Below are positions 22,512 to 32,849 of a stretch of 64,000 nt of DNA, one piece after another; positions within the stretch are counted from its first letter, which is position 1; every line of letters begins with the position of its first letter. The stretch lies in the NCBI GenBank assembly GCA_004431415.1, contig QPMI01000502.1, forward strand, positions 1-64,000, read 5' to 3'. The notes under the pieces are model-generated. The model did not search any database and had not been told where the DNA came from. It saw nothing but the letters and a program-made list of their open reading frames with translations. This DNA is from Cyanophora paradoxa CCMP329. Lineage: Eukaryota > Plantae > Glaucophyta. Both the position numbers and the translations under genes were made by a program.

Positions 22512-23091
22512 AATTGGGCTCAGAAACATTGGGGGTAGCTGGCTTTACAGCTGCATCATCGAGAGCTTGTGAAGCCTTTTCTTTTTCGATTTTTAAATAG
22601 CGTAAATCTGGCACGTCCATAGGTCTGTGCTTAAACATCTCGCTTCGAAGCATCTCCCGAATTTTCGCTCTCTCTTGCTTTTCCTTAACGTATGATTCGA
22701 CATTAGCCGACCGCGCTTCCAGATCACGCAATTTCGCTGCAAGCTCATCGAACTGGCTTTTGCTCAAAGCTGGCGCACGTATTTTCGGGCCAGAGTACCG
22801 CGGCTCGCTAGCCATCGCTTGGAGAATTCTTGCAGCATCATCGTCGATATCGGACTGCATTTCGCTCACGGTTTTAACTTGTCCATGGCGATCGTCGGTC
22901 GCACTGGCATTCGCTGCTGCCGAGGCGATCGTTTTAGCTACGGGTGCATTTAGGCGGGGGTCACTAGCTAGCTCACCGCTAGGATCAGCAACAGCTGCGC
23001 CCTCAGTTGAGCCGCTTTCAATCAGTGGGGCGTTCGGCTCGGGGAGCACCCTTCGTTCCCGGTAGCCTTTTCTTGGAACACCGCGTGGCAT
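22459..23091 (-). CDS. Hypothetical protein (basic N-terminus, coiled coil); possible virion core protein
   Basis: 210 aa ATG ORF co-oriented directly downstream of the ATPase. Confidence 0.55.
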   Translation of the reverse strand: MPRGVPRKGYRERRVLPEPNAPLIESGSTEGAAVADPSGELASDPRLNAPVAKTIASAAANASATDDRHGQVKTVSEMQSDIDDDAARILQAMASEPRYSGPKIRAPALSKSQFDELAAKLRDLEARSANVESYVKEKQERAKIREMLRSEMFKHRPMDVPDLRYLKIEKEKASQALDDAAVKPATPNVSEPNSTSSQMKGALGGRRIRL

Positions 23092-23100
23092 CTTTTTCTC

Positions 23101-23844
23101 TTATGGTAAGATTTTAAAACGCTTCTTTTTGGGATGAACAGGCGTTGAATTTTCTTTCTTAGGCTCTTCTTGTCTTAGCCATTTAGTAAAACGAAAGCTC
23201 TTATCTTCAACGGCTTTATCAACGTACCAGGCCGTATCATACTTAGTTCCATCCAGGACTAGGCACTGATAATCATGCGCCCAAGTCTCGAACAAGGCGA
23301 TGAACTTATCTTTTGGGAGATGACTGAACTCTCTATAGATCGCCTCGAGCTCGGTATGATTAGAATAACTAAAGAAAAAGCAGTAATCGCTGTTTGATCT
23401 TATAGATTGACTAAGAGCTGTTAGCTTTTGCGTCATAAGAATCGTACTTATATTAAAATGGCGGCCCTGCGTAAAAAGTCGATTTACAGCCTTGCTGTTT
23501 CGCAGATCAACAGTTTCAGAGGCGGCAACTAGATCGTCCAATACAAGCAATATCTGCGGTGCTTTCTCTTTGTTTTCGATCAACTTTCGCTGTGAATCAA
23601 TGATTTCTGCAACTATGGCGGGTTGAAAATCGTCGTAAAGCTCTTTAGTTATTGCAGAGTATTCACCATTGAATTTGGTGGCAGTGAAAACGACGACTCG
23701 GTTGATCTTTGGATACAGCAGTCGAAGCAGATGCTTTGTGCAATAGAACGATTTGCCGCTATTGGACTTCGATATAAATAGGGCTTTGAAAGGGACCCTC
23801 ATGTCTCCCGGCTGGAACTGTGCGAGCTCTTGAGACTGATCCAT
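23101..23844 (-). CDS. A32-like FtsK/HerA genome packaging ATPase
   Basis: Walker A SKSNSGKS, Walker B LLVLDD, LFTQGRHFNISTILMTQ, IRSNSDY. Confidence 0.93.
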   Translation of the reverse strand: MDQSQELAQFQPGDMRVPFKALFISKSNSGKSFYCTKHLLRLLYPKINRVVVFTATKFNGEYSAITKELYDDFQPAIVAEIIDSQRKLIENKEKAPQILLVLDDLVAASETVDLRNSKAVNRLFTQGRHFNISTILMTQKLTALSQSIRSNSDYCFFFSYSNHTELEAIYREFSHLPKDKFIALFETWAHDYQCLVLDGTKYDTAWYVDKAVEDKSFRFTKWLRQEEPKKENSTPVHPKKKRFKILP

Positions 23845-23906
23845 CAAAAAATTAACTACCGAGATTCGCAGGCGCAGCCAAGGCAGCTTGTCTGACGACA
23901 CTTCGA

Positions 23907-25295
23907 CTAGAGGTTCACCTTGCGAAGGCCCGCAGCATCAACAATTAGGACAGTGTGCAGGAGAGCGCGAACCTGGACGTAAATCTTGTTGTTTGCATCG
24001 TAAGCGGCAGGATTCATGATATTCAGGAAGCAGCTGCTGCTGTTGGTGAGATCCACGAAACCAGTTTGAGCTGCATTTCGGATCGATTTATCCCCACTAA
24101 TGCAAAATGGCAATCCACTCAGGACATATCTGTTAAGAGGCGCGTCGAGATTTGAGCACTTGAACACATCAGCAATGAGCTCAGCACCTTGCAAGAGTGG
24201 CACAGGCTCGTTAGAATAAAGTCGCTGGCCATTCAATTCGCAGGAAATAGTTATGTCACGAGCATTGGCCTCAGTTTTAAGGACACTGTGTTTTCCATCA
24301 GTTTGGTTCATATTTGTCTGCTTGCGAATGCTAACAAAAAGGCCATAGCAGAGCCCACTGATCTGCGACAGATTAATCCGTGTAGGTGCACCAGCCCCTG
24401 CATAGGTGATCGAGTCAGCATCAACCCAGCCAACCTCAGTGGCAGGAATGGCGATTCCAGACGATTTGACTTTTTCAATAACCTGTGCAAAAGTAGCCTC
24501 ATCAACGTTGATGCAGTGAGCTATAATCTTTGGATTCGATAGCTCGGGATTGGCAGGAGTGACAGTGAGGACATTGGGGGTTATATTCTGGCCAATGTTT
24601 GCAGGGGATGCAGCGGCAGCTCCTACGCTCCCAAGTCCATCATCTTTAGAGGCATCACCGTTTGCGGCATATTCTGCTACAAACCTACCACCATAGCTGG
24701 TCTCAACGAAGCCCTGGGCACGGTCACGGAACCAAACCTCCACAGACACCTCGCCCGATAGCGCACCAATTGGAAGCACTGAGCCCTCCCAGGGACAGGG
24801 GATCTTTACACTGAAAATACCTCCAGCACGATTGCTCCCCTGAGGTGGTGTTCCATGAAGCCAGCCACCGGATCGGTACTTCTTTTTAAGCTGAGCATCA
24901 TCATTGAAAATCAGAGCGCTGTGAACAAGCCAGTCCTCGGGGACAATGTAGCTGTAGGAAGCATATTTGATTTCGATTCGCTTTACGAGAGCACCAACCG
25001 ATCGCAAATAACCAGTGCGAACCAGGTCAGTGTCACCAGTAAATGCGGTCAGCTCTGGAAGGGTAAACTGGAGTTCGAGCCCCTGAAGGAAATTGTAGCG
25101 GGGCAGGAAATAAGTAACCCTCTTTCCGAAGCAGTCTCCATAGTCATTGCTTGGGTTGACAACAACACGCACAGGCTTTGTTTGGCTGGTTAGACCTAAC
25201 ATAAGCTCATTGTTCATGAAAAAGTCCTTAGCTTCCTGCGGAGTTGTCAGGAGCTCTTTGAGACCGAGTCGCTGCAAGTTTTGGGTAACATCCAT
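23907..25295 (-). CDS. Probable double-jelly-roll major capsid protein
   Basis: 462 aa and beta-rich, between penton-like and ATPase genes. FGKRVTYFLPR..FL..LELQFTLPEL..G..LVKRIEIK and GFVDLTN resemble NCLDV/PLV MCP segments. Confidence 0.8.
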   Translation of the reverse strand: MDVTQNLQRLGLKELLTTPQEAKDFFMNNELMLGLTSQTKPVRVVVNPSNDYGDCFGKRVTYFLPRYNFLQGLELQFTLPELTAFTGDTDLVRTGYLRSVGALVKRIEIKYASYSYIVPEDWLVHSALIFNDDAQLKKKYRSGGWLHGTPPQGSNRAGGIFSVKIPCPWEGSVLPIGALSGEVSVEVWFRDRAQGFVETSYGGRFVAEYAANGDASKDDGLGSVGAAAASPANIGQNITPNVLTVTPANPELSNPKIIAHCINVDEATFAQVIEKVKSSGIAIPATEVGWVDADSITYAGAGAPTRINLSQISGLCYGLFVSIRKQTNMNQTDGKHSVLKTEANARDITISCELNGQRLYSNEPVPLLQGAELIADVFKCSNLDAPLNRYVLSGLPFCISGDKSIRNAAQTGFVDLTNSSSCFLNIMNPAAYDANNKIYVQVRALLHTVLIVDAAGLRKVNL

Positions 25296-25339
25296 CGAAG
25301 TATATAATTGCAGTGAAAGAAAATAATTTGGGACTTAGC

Positions 25340-26296
25340 TCAATTTGACGAATTGATCCAAGGATATGTCTTCGATCTTTTCTGGAGCTGAAGCTTGGCG
25401 AGCTCGTAGACAACATCACCATTGGGTTCATCTGGGCCATAACGAATTTCGAGTATAAATGAGACAGGACCTCCATTTAAATCAGCAATTCGCTGCATAA
25501 AATCGTAAATCTCAATAGTCACAGAGTAGAGGTCCAGCTTTGAATAAATATACTTGTACAAAGGATGTGCTTCAGTTGAATCATAGTATGCTATCTCGCC
25601 TGGACGAAGGACGCTTGGAATGCTCAGCTTTGAGAAGAAGCCAGGTATTGACGTGTTCGGCATACTGACAAGGTCACCAATTTCAGGAATGCGTAGGAGC
25701 ACATGATCATCGGGAGTGACATCAGGCTCATAAGCGCCTGCTATATATTCAGTATTTATAGATAATGTCTTTGACCGAATCGGTAGAATTGATCGCAGCC
25801 CTAGAAGCTTTGCAGTTCGCTGAGCCCTTGCAACGGCCTGGTAGTTTCTGACTTCCCGCCCACCCTGGTTCGTTGGCAACATCAGAGCAATAAAGAACTC
25901 GAAGTTAGCTGTGAACCCTATTAATTTGATCGCTGAATTATACGTGCACGTGATACCTGTTCCCGTCAACCTTTCGTTTATCTCTGTCACAAGCGAGGTG
26001 ACGTCGTAATTTCCAGGTGGAATTGCAATGTTATTCCACGCTCCAAAGCCGGCCTGAGGTGGGTCGGGTCCTTCATTAGTAGGATCATATTTGCACCAAT
26101 ATATGTAGGTGTCAAAGACCAAATCCTCTGCTGGATCGAGTACATCAATTGTGCTCATTGTGTTGGGGATCTCAGCTGATACCAAGCGCACGGCTTTCAC
26201 ATCCTGATAAACTTTAGGCAGTCTTACTTTAAATTTCGAGGTGGATGTCAGCTCCTCCGCTTGGTGACTTGCAATGCAGACGTAGTCCGTAGGCAT
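25340..26296 (-). CDS. Minor capsid (penton)-like protein 1
   Basis: FKVRLPKVYQDVKAVRLVSAEIPNT, IPPGNYDVTSLV..IN, and C-terminal VTIEIYD...DLNGGPVSFILEI. Confidence 0.75.
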   Translation of the reverse strand: MPTDYVCIASHQAEELTSTSKFKVRLPKVYQDVKAVRLVSAEIPNTMSTIDVLDPAEDLVFDTYIYWCKYDPTNEGPDPPQAGFGAWNNIAIPPGNYDVTSLVTEINERLTGTGITCTYNSAIKLIGFTANFEFFIALMLPTNQGGREVRNYQAVARAQRTAKLLGLRSILPIRSKTLSINTEYIAGAYEPDVTPDDHVLLRIPEIGDLVSMPNTSIPGFFSKLSIPSVLRPGEIAYYDSTEAHPLYKYIYSKLDLYSVTIEIYDFMQRIADLNGGPVSFILEIRYGPDEPNGDVVYELAKLQLQKRSKTYPWINSSN

Positions 26297-26323
26297 CTTT
26301 TTTATATCAGTTAGAGAATAAAA

Positions 26324-27214
26324 ATGCGGCTTACCTTTGACAGCAGAGACAGAAGGCCAATCGATTCCGAGGCAAACTTTGTGCTCGAAATCAATGAACC
26401 TATAATCAATCCAGTTGCTGTTCGACTTACCCAGTGTGAGTTCGCAAACAGCCTTTACACCAGCATTAAAGATGAGTATCTTTCGATCACCTTTCCCTAC
26501 ATTGGGACAGAAAATCTGGCGGTTTTTGAGCCTGGCATAATTACTACTGCAAATCTGGGCGAAACAGATATTTATAACTTTGGCCTATCGTTTAATATTA
26601 GGCTAGAAGGGATCTCAATCGCATATTTCAAATTGTTTCGAGACCCAGAGACGTTGAAAATGTCTGCCTATTGCAGCCGTTCCTGCACACTGACCTGCCA
26701 GTTCAAAGCTCTATCGAATCTGCTTGGGCTGAACCGAAATGAGTCTCTCCAGCTGTCTCCTATCGTGCTTGAAGGGGGGCAAAGACCAGCAACTGCAGCT
26801 GAGCGGTATCTCGAGGTTGCTGGCATTCCAGTTACACCTGCTCACCCTGAGTACGGCATTGATTTCACCGGAAGAATGCGGAGTGAGCCACTTGGTTATG
26901 CTGTCGAATTTCCAAAGATAATCGACATGAACAGCGACCAGTACCTCTTCCTTGTCTGCGAAGAGCTACGGCCATTTGCTTCAAAGCTTCGCCGCGGGGC
27001 CAAAACAATGTGCAATTATGGGCTCGCTCGAATTCAAATGAGCCAGGACGTTGGCAAGTTCGTTTATATAAATCAGGAAAATGACGGCGAGTGGATCCCC
27101 ATCGAAGAGCGCCTAGTGCTGACCTCTTTGCGACTGCGCATTGTCGACAGAGATGGTGATGACGTCTCTCTGAATGGCCTGCCATGGTCTGGTGAACTGC
27201 AATTTTTAGTTTAG
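26324..27214 (+). CDS. Minor capsid (penton)-like protein 2
   Basis: FDSRDR..NFVLEINEPI..AVRLTQCEFANSLY, YLFL, and LRLRIVDRDGDDVSLNGLPWSGELQF; same architecture as the neighbour. Confidence 0.75.
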   Translation: MRLTFDSRDRRPIDSEANFVLEINEPIINPVAVRLTQCEFANSLYTSIKDEYLSITFPYIGTENLAVFEPGIITTANLGETDIYNFGLSFNIRLEGISIAYFKLFRDPETLKMSAYCSRSCTLTCQFKALSNLLGLNRNESLQLSPIVLEGGQRPATAAERYLEVAGIPVTPAHPEYGIDFTGRMRSEPLGYAVEFPKIIDMNSDQYLFLVCEELRPFASKLRRGAKTMCNYGLARIQMSQDVGKFVYINQENDGEWIPIEERLVLTSLRLRIVDRDGDDVSLNGLPWSGELQFLV

Positions 27215-28690
27215 GTAACGTCCCCGGAAATCAAGCCGGAACGCATTCACATTTATAAATTCGTTTGTTATAATTTGCACATAGTTATAAACCTGTGGGG
27301 TGATCAAATGCGAGTCACTATGCATTAGATCAAAGCCTGTCATAGATGGGTTTGCAGCAAGCACATTTGCTAGGACCGTATTCTCAAATAGTGACCCGTC
27401 TCGTAAATATCCTAAGTTGGTCAGAATGCTGAAATTAAATAGGACTCCGGCAGCAAAGGCTGGCCCATACATAATGATTTGATGTAGCTCAAAAGGCTTT
27501 GGAAATTCGACTCTGATCCAGGGATTAGGTAGAGTGCCACCTTGGAACCCTGTTGAGTTGGGTCGCACATGAGAAGGTGGGTGCAATTCCTCAAAGTCGT
27601 TGCTTATGATGTTTGCATCTGGAATTATAAACCAGTTTACATCAAATGGCGGCTCAACTGTTAAAGTAGACGATATGATTAGTCTCTCATCGTTCAGTAG
27701 GTCGTAGTTCGCCAATAGAAAGCTGCAGAGTGCATTTATTTTAGCATTTATTTCGATTTGTTTCAGCCATAAATCTGTTGTGGAAATCAAATAAGAAATA
27801 TTCGATGGGGAGGCATCATCAAGCTTGCTCATGACTGCAGCTGGCAGCGGAACACTTAAACGCCAGTATCTAGTTAGATTCCTATCTGCATCAACTGGAA
27901 GCAGTTCCTGCATTTGAAAGTGCGATTCCAGCTCGCTACCTGACATTAGCATAGAAATGATTGGGCTGCCTGAGAGGGATAGGATCCAGCCCAGAGCGCC
28001 CCAGCCTGACGTCTCCGAATTCGAAAAGCCTGCAGTCAATTGCTCACTGGCTTGGACCTCACCACAGCTAATGCTCACAAGAACAATTGGATCTTCTGCA
28101 TCGTAAATTTTACTGGCGTGGCTGAGTGCAGCAACTGAGGGATTATTCAAACAGGCTATCGCCCCGTCAACAAGGTTTTTGTCCCCTAGAACCTTCGGTG
28201 GAAAGAATGTAGGCGCTGCAGAAGATGCTCTCACTGCATCACGAATCAGCGTGCTTGAATATGGCCCATCCTTCGTAAAAACTACTGGCTGCATCCGAAC
28301 TGTATCAAACGCTGTAATTAATACGTCTTTTGTCGATTCTGCAATTGTGTAGTCCAGGGCAACGTCTGTAAGCACCGACTCCAGAGGATTTGCATCATAG
28401 CGGCTTCCTGAGAGCAAGCTTGTCAGTGATCTTGGATTTGCAAATATTGTTGGCAGGTTCGTTTGATATAGACTCAAGATATCACCTGCAGAATATCGGT
28501 AAGCAAGAACAGAGCCTGGAGTTGATGGGATCGCCAATCCGGCCGCTATTATTGCCCCTGTTGAGGTGCCTGCAAAGAAATCAAACAGCTGTGGTATTGC
28601 TTTCCCAGTAATCGCCTCAATCCGCTGTAGAATTCGGGCTATGACTATTCCACGAGCACCTCCACCTGATAGTGAGAGAATGACCTTCAT
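27206..28690 (-). CDS. Patatin-like phospholipase with extra C-terminal beta-sandwich-like domain
   Basis: LSLSGGGARG, nucleophile GTSTG, ASSAAPTFFPP, LVDGA..NNP, WG.LGW, LDDAS. Confidence 0.92.
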   Translation of the reverse strand: MKVILSLSGGGARGIVIARILQRIEAITGKAIPQLFDFFAGTSTGAIIAAGLAIPSTPGSVLAYRYSAGDILSLYQTNLPTIFANPRSLTSLLSGSRYDANPLESVLTDVALDYTIAESTKDVLITAFDTVRMQPVVFTKDGPYSSTLIRDAVRASSAAPTFFPPKVLGDKNLVDGAIACLNNPSVAALSHASKIYDAEDPIVLVSISCGEVQASEQLTAGFSNSETSGWGALGWILSLSGSPIISMLMSGSELESHFQMQELLPVDADRNLTRYWRLSVPLPAAVMSKLDDASPSNISYLISTTDLWLKQIEINAKINALCSFLLANYDLLNDERLIISSTLTVEPPFDVNWFIIPDANIISNDFEELHPPSHVRPNSTGFQGGTLPNPWIRVEFPKPFELHQIIMYGPAFAAGVLFNFSILTNLGYLRDGSLFENTVLANVLAANPSMTGFDLMHSDSHLITPQVYNYVQIITNEFINVNAFRLDFRGRYLN

Positions 28691-28714
28691 TTTTAAAAGG
28701 GGGCTTATATAAAA

Positions 28715-31700
28715 ATGTCCTACATCTTGAAGAAGCCAGTGCCACTTCGTAAAGCTCCAGATTTTGTGGATGATCGGCATATAAATATTCGCGTATTTGG
28801 GAGTACTCTAATTGACTACAATGCTGACAAAGATATACACCAGACCGAGTTTAATCGCCCAGCTGCGTTAATTCTGCGCAACTCACATGTTGGCGCCCCG
28901 GACATTGCACAGAGATTTTGTCTAGGTCCAGCTGAGAACTATGTTGCTGAAATAATTGGATCCAGGGCGTTGCCGCGGCACCTGCGAATTGCCTCCTCAG
29001 GCACTGTTTCCAAGTATGATTCTGGTAGATTAATCTTTAGGCTCCAAAATGATAGAGGGGTCCACACATCAGCTCTACGCCTAATTGATGAATCCAATGC
29101 TGTCACAAACAAGACTGCGGCTCACATTACAGGGCGAATTCTCCTTGGCGAAGATGCAGGAATATCAGTGCTAGCATCACAAATCCAGCCGTTTCCCTGG
29201 GATTTACTTTTTACAGCTGCACGAGAAGCAAATATTTTATACGGTTTTGATGTAAATCAAATCGATACCGAGCCAGCCACCAGGTTAGATATTCCTGGAT
29301 GCACCTTTGGCTCGATCCTGATGGAAGCTGATAGGCACCTGCTCCCGGCGTTGCATGACAGCTACGATCTTGGGCTCCGCACCAGGCAGTGGCGAAATAT
29401 TCACGGCACGTCGATTTACCAAGATGGAAAAAAGGTCATCACTGAACCGGAGATAATAAACATTTTCAACTACTACTTCGGACCTATTGTCCCTATACCA
29501 CCTATACCACCTCTTCCAGGGCTACCGAAGCCAAACCCTGAAGGGCCAGGTCGTGAGAGAGTTGCAGATGAAACAATTCCATTCGGGCAAAATATTATTT
29601 CGTGGGAGGCTGTCAGGAATCGCCCCGTGATAGAACGCTATAAGCATCCGCATGAAGAATACCTGCCGCCTGATATTGAAGTTTTCCCGCTCGAAATGTA
29701 CACAGAGCCTGAAGAGCAGTTACTTCCTGATGGCTTAGATGTTCAAGAACTCCAGTACGAGCAACCTGTGATTCCACATGAGCAGCTGCTTCCAGACGGC
29801 TTTGAACCTATTCTCTTCCCCTTGGAGTTCACCGTAGATTGGGAATCAATAACCAATAAACCTGGGAGTTTTCCACCAGAGGAACACAGGCATGATTGGG
29901 ATGAAATCGATAATAAACCGTTGCGGTTTCCCCCAGAGGATCACAGACATGATTGGGCTGAGATCGATAATAAGCCTTTACGGTTCCCCCCAGAGGATCA
30001 TAGACACGACTGGGGTGACCTTGATAATGTTCCGCTTGAATTTCCACCGGAAGATCACAGACACATTTGGAGCGAAATAGATGAGCAGCCCGAGTTCGCA
30101 AAGATTGAGCTTCCTGTCACACTAGCTGTCTCTCTCTACAAATCAATTAACACCCCTGAAAGGTTATATTTGAATGACCACTATGTCCACAGGCAGGGAA
30201 TTCGTGCTAACACTGACATGTCAGGCTCTTTGTTTGTAAGGATTCCCCGTGGAATGGAGATAGTTGCTGCTGGCGGGAATATTGGTTTGCAGGACACGTT
30301 CCCAAGTATTTATGTCACAAACTACTACGCCTCTGACATCGAAATGACATCTGTTCTACCTCCTTTGCCTTCACTGCCGTTGGATCCTCTCTCCCATGCT
30401 GATTTTCATTCTGCAATCCAGATTAATGTAACAGATGTTAGCGATTTAGATTCATCGAGACCGAAATTAGTTTTTAGCCGTGAACGCCTTTTACCCAATG
30501 CTCTGATAGGAAATCGAGATGATTATAAGAAATGCGAAATAGCATGGATAAAAACGAACTATAACGGTGGAGTTGGGGAGGGCATTTTAGAAATTAATCA
30601 GAGGGCAGCAGCAAAAAACATTCACAACGAGACTATATCCAGAGTGGTCACAGAGGATTACCTTCAAGCCCAAAATTATGTAGATGAAACAGAGCTCGCT
30701 TTAGTTATTGCAGGTCTAGCTGTGACAGGGAATTACCTGCCCTTGACAGGAGGAACTATTGACGGAACAGTGACTGCTGACAACTTTTTTGTTCACACTG
30801 AAAGTGATCAGACCTTCCCTGTGGTTCACCCAGGAGCTGAGTACGAGATTCCTATTGATCCTGCTATTATGCCCATAAAAATCGATCTCCCTTCCGATTA
30901 TGTTGGACGGGGTGAACTGAAAATAATCTCTTTCACAGGAGATTATAATGATCTTTTAAACAAGCCTACTGCTGAGAACCTTCACCCTGTTGCCTATTCA
31001 GGAAATTTCCTCCATTTAAATAATAGGGCACACACCCACACAAAGGCTGAGATCACAGATTTTGCACACACTCACACGAAGTCCCAAATAACAGATTTTG
31101 CACACACCCATACCGAGCAGATATAACTAATTTCGCTCACACCCATGTTAAATCAGAGATAACTGATCTTGGGAATGTTGCTTATGTTGGTCATACCCAT
31201 ACCAAGGCAGAGATTACAGACCTGGAAATGTATCGTACGTTGGTCATACCCATGATTGGAATACTGATATCTATAACAAACCGGCGTTGTTCTCAGGCAA
31301 CTACAACGATCTGACCAATAGACCCACTCTTGATCCCTTCACAGCCACCACTATCAGAGCCAATAATACAATGTATGTAGGATCAGGTCAGATTGTAGAA
31401 CCAGCAGGGCCTATGTTTGAAGAAACATGGTTCTTCCACAATTCGCAGAATTACTTTGATAAAACCTTACTTGTTCGTGGAAATGCCTATGCAAGAAATT
31501 TCTATGCTATGAACCCCTCAAATAATGCGACCATCAGTCGATGTATTACAGAGGCAGATCTTTCCAGTCAACTCAATGCATATTTTAATGGGAAAATTCA
31601 AGCAGGGAAGTATGTTTACACTACTCCCGTTTTAGATTACAATAATCTCTATGTGTTCAATCTAACTATCTATTTTACCAATGCCTTTGCTTCTCCTCCT

Positions 31701-31886
31701 GTTGTGACAGCAACAGTAAGGCATGAAGGACAAGATCCAAATTATCAATTAACTCCCGTCGTTTTTACTGTGAACCTGTTGAATGTTTATAGTAACTATT
31801 TTACTTGTGAACTTTTCACTGATCCATATGCAATGATTAATTCATCCAAAACTGTTACAATTCATTACATTGCTGTCGCAATTTAA
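28715..31886 (+). CDS. Large tail-fibre-like protein (803-aa ORF continued via frameshifts into 31287-31886)
   Basis: LLP..DSYDLG...QWRNI, 19-aa DWxEIxNKP.xFPPExHRH repeats, 12-aa AHTHTKxxITDF repeats, YLPLTGGTI, SGNYNDLxNxP. C-terminal IQAG..F..AF..PP.V..T..IHYIAV resembles an H-type lectin/gp53-like tip. Confidence 0.75.
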
Positions 31887-31905
31887 CTGTTTGGTAATTA
31901 TAAAG

Positions 31906-32827
31906 ATGACATCTGTATTAGAAATCCCGAATTATGAATTAGCAGCCAAATCACTGCATAGCACGTTATCATAAACTGCTCAGCAACACGTTATCGTGGT
32001 GCTGAGCAGTTTATGATAACGTGGGTGGATTCACCACGGCAAAGATCGTAACTTTCGATAACACAAGCAATAACTCCGCTCTTGTGGTTAAGAGTGGTGG
32101 AGCCTATATTGGTGACGGAGCGATTGTAGTGGGGACTGTCACAGCAAATCAATTAAACGTGAGTGGTACATGCATTTTCAGTTCTTTGATGACTTTTAAC
32201 TATGGCCTTTTAGGTAACATAATTTATGGGACTCTTCAGGCATTTCTGAGAGTTCAAGCACCCGAAATTGGTAGTGGAACAGATTCCAACATGAGCTACA
32301 AACGAAATGGTAATGCAATTGTCACTCTTGAAAAAACGACGGTAGCAGAGATAGAGATAAACTCATTCACACTTTCCCCAACTTGCTATTTGAAAAGGAC
32401 TTATTGCCCAAGATTTTGTGTCACAAAACTATTACCTAATCAGGCAGCATCATCCTCATCATGGTCATCTGGCGTCCGTATTACCTTCACAGTTCCTAAT
32501 TTCGCTACTTATTATGTCAACAATGAAGGCAACTGGAATGATTCGTATATATTTACTGCACCTGTTGCAGGTGTTTACCGGGTTTTTTTCACAGCTCTCA
32601 GAATAGATACTCAGACTTCTTATGTGACTATCTTAAAGCTTTCAATAAATGGAATTGCATCCGATTACGAATTTCAATGTTCATTAACGGGACAAATGGC
32701 TATCACATACGAAACTTTACTTACTCTTAACATGGGGGACAATGTTGGAGTATTAAACTCAACAGGTGTTACCATCACTATTAGCACACGCTGTTACTTG
32801 GGGTGCTATCTCGTAAGTGCTATATAA
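31906..32827 (+). pseudogene. Fibre paralog with C1q-like C-terminal domain, 5' end disrupted
   Basis: The ATG at 31906 hits a stop inside a 24-bp inverted repeat. The remainder has FTAPVAGVYRVF and LTLNMGDNV. Confidence 0.7.
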
Positions 32828-32849
32828 TATTGTCTGTGTAATATAAAGA

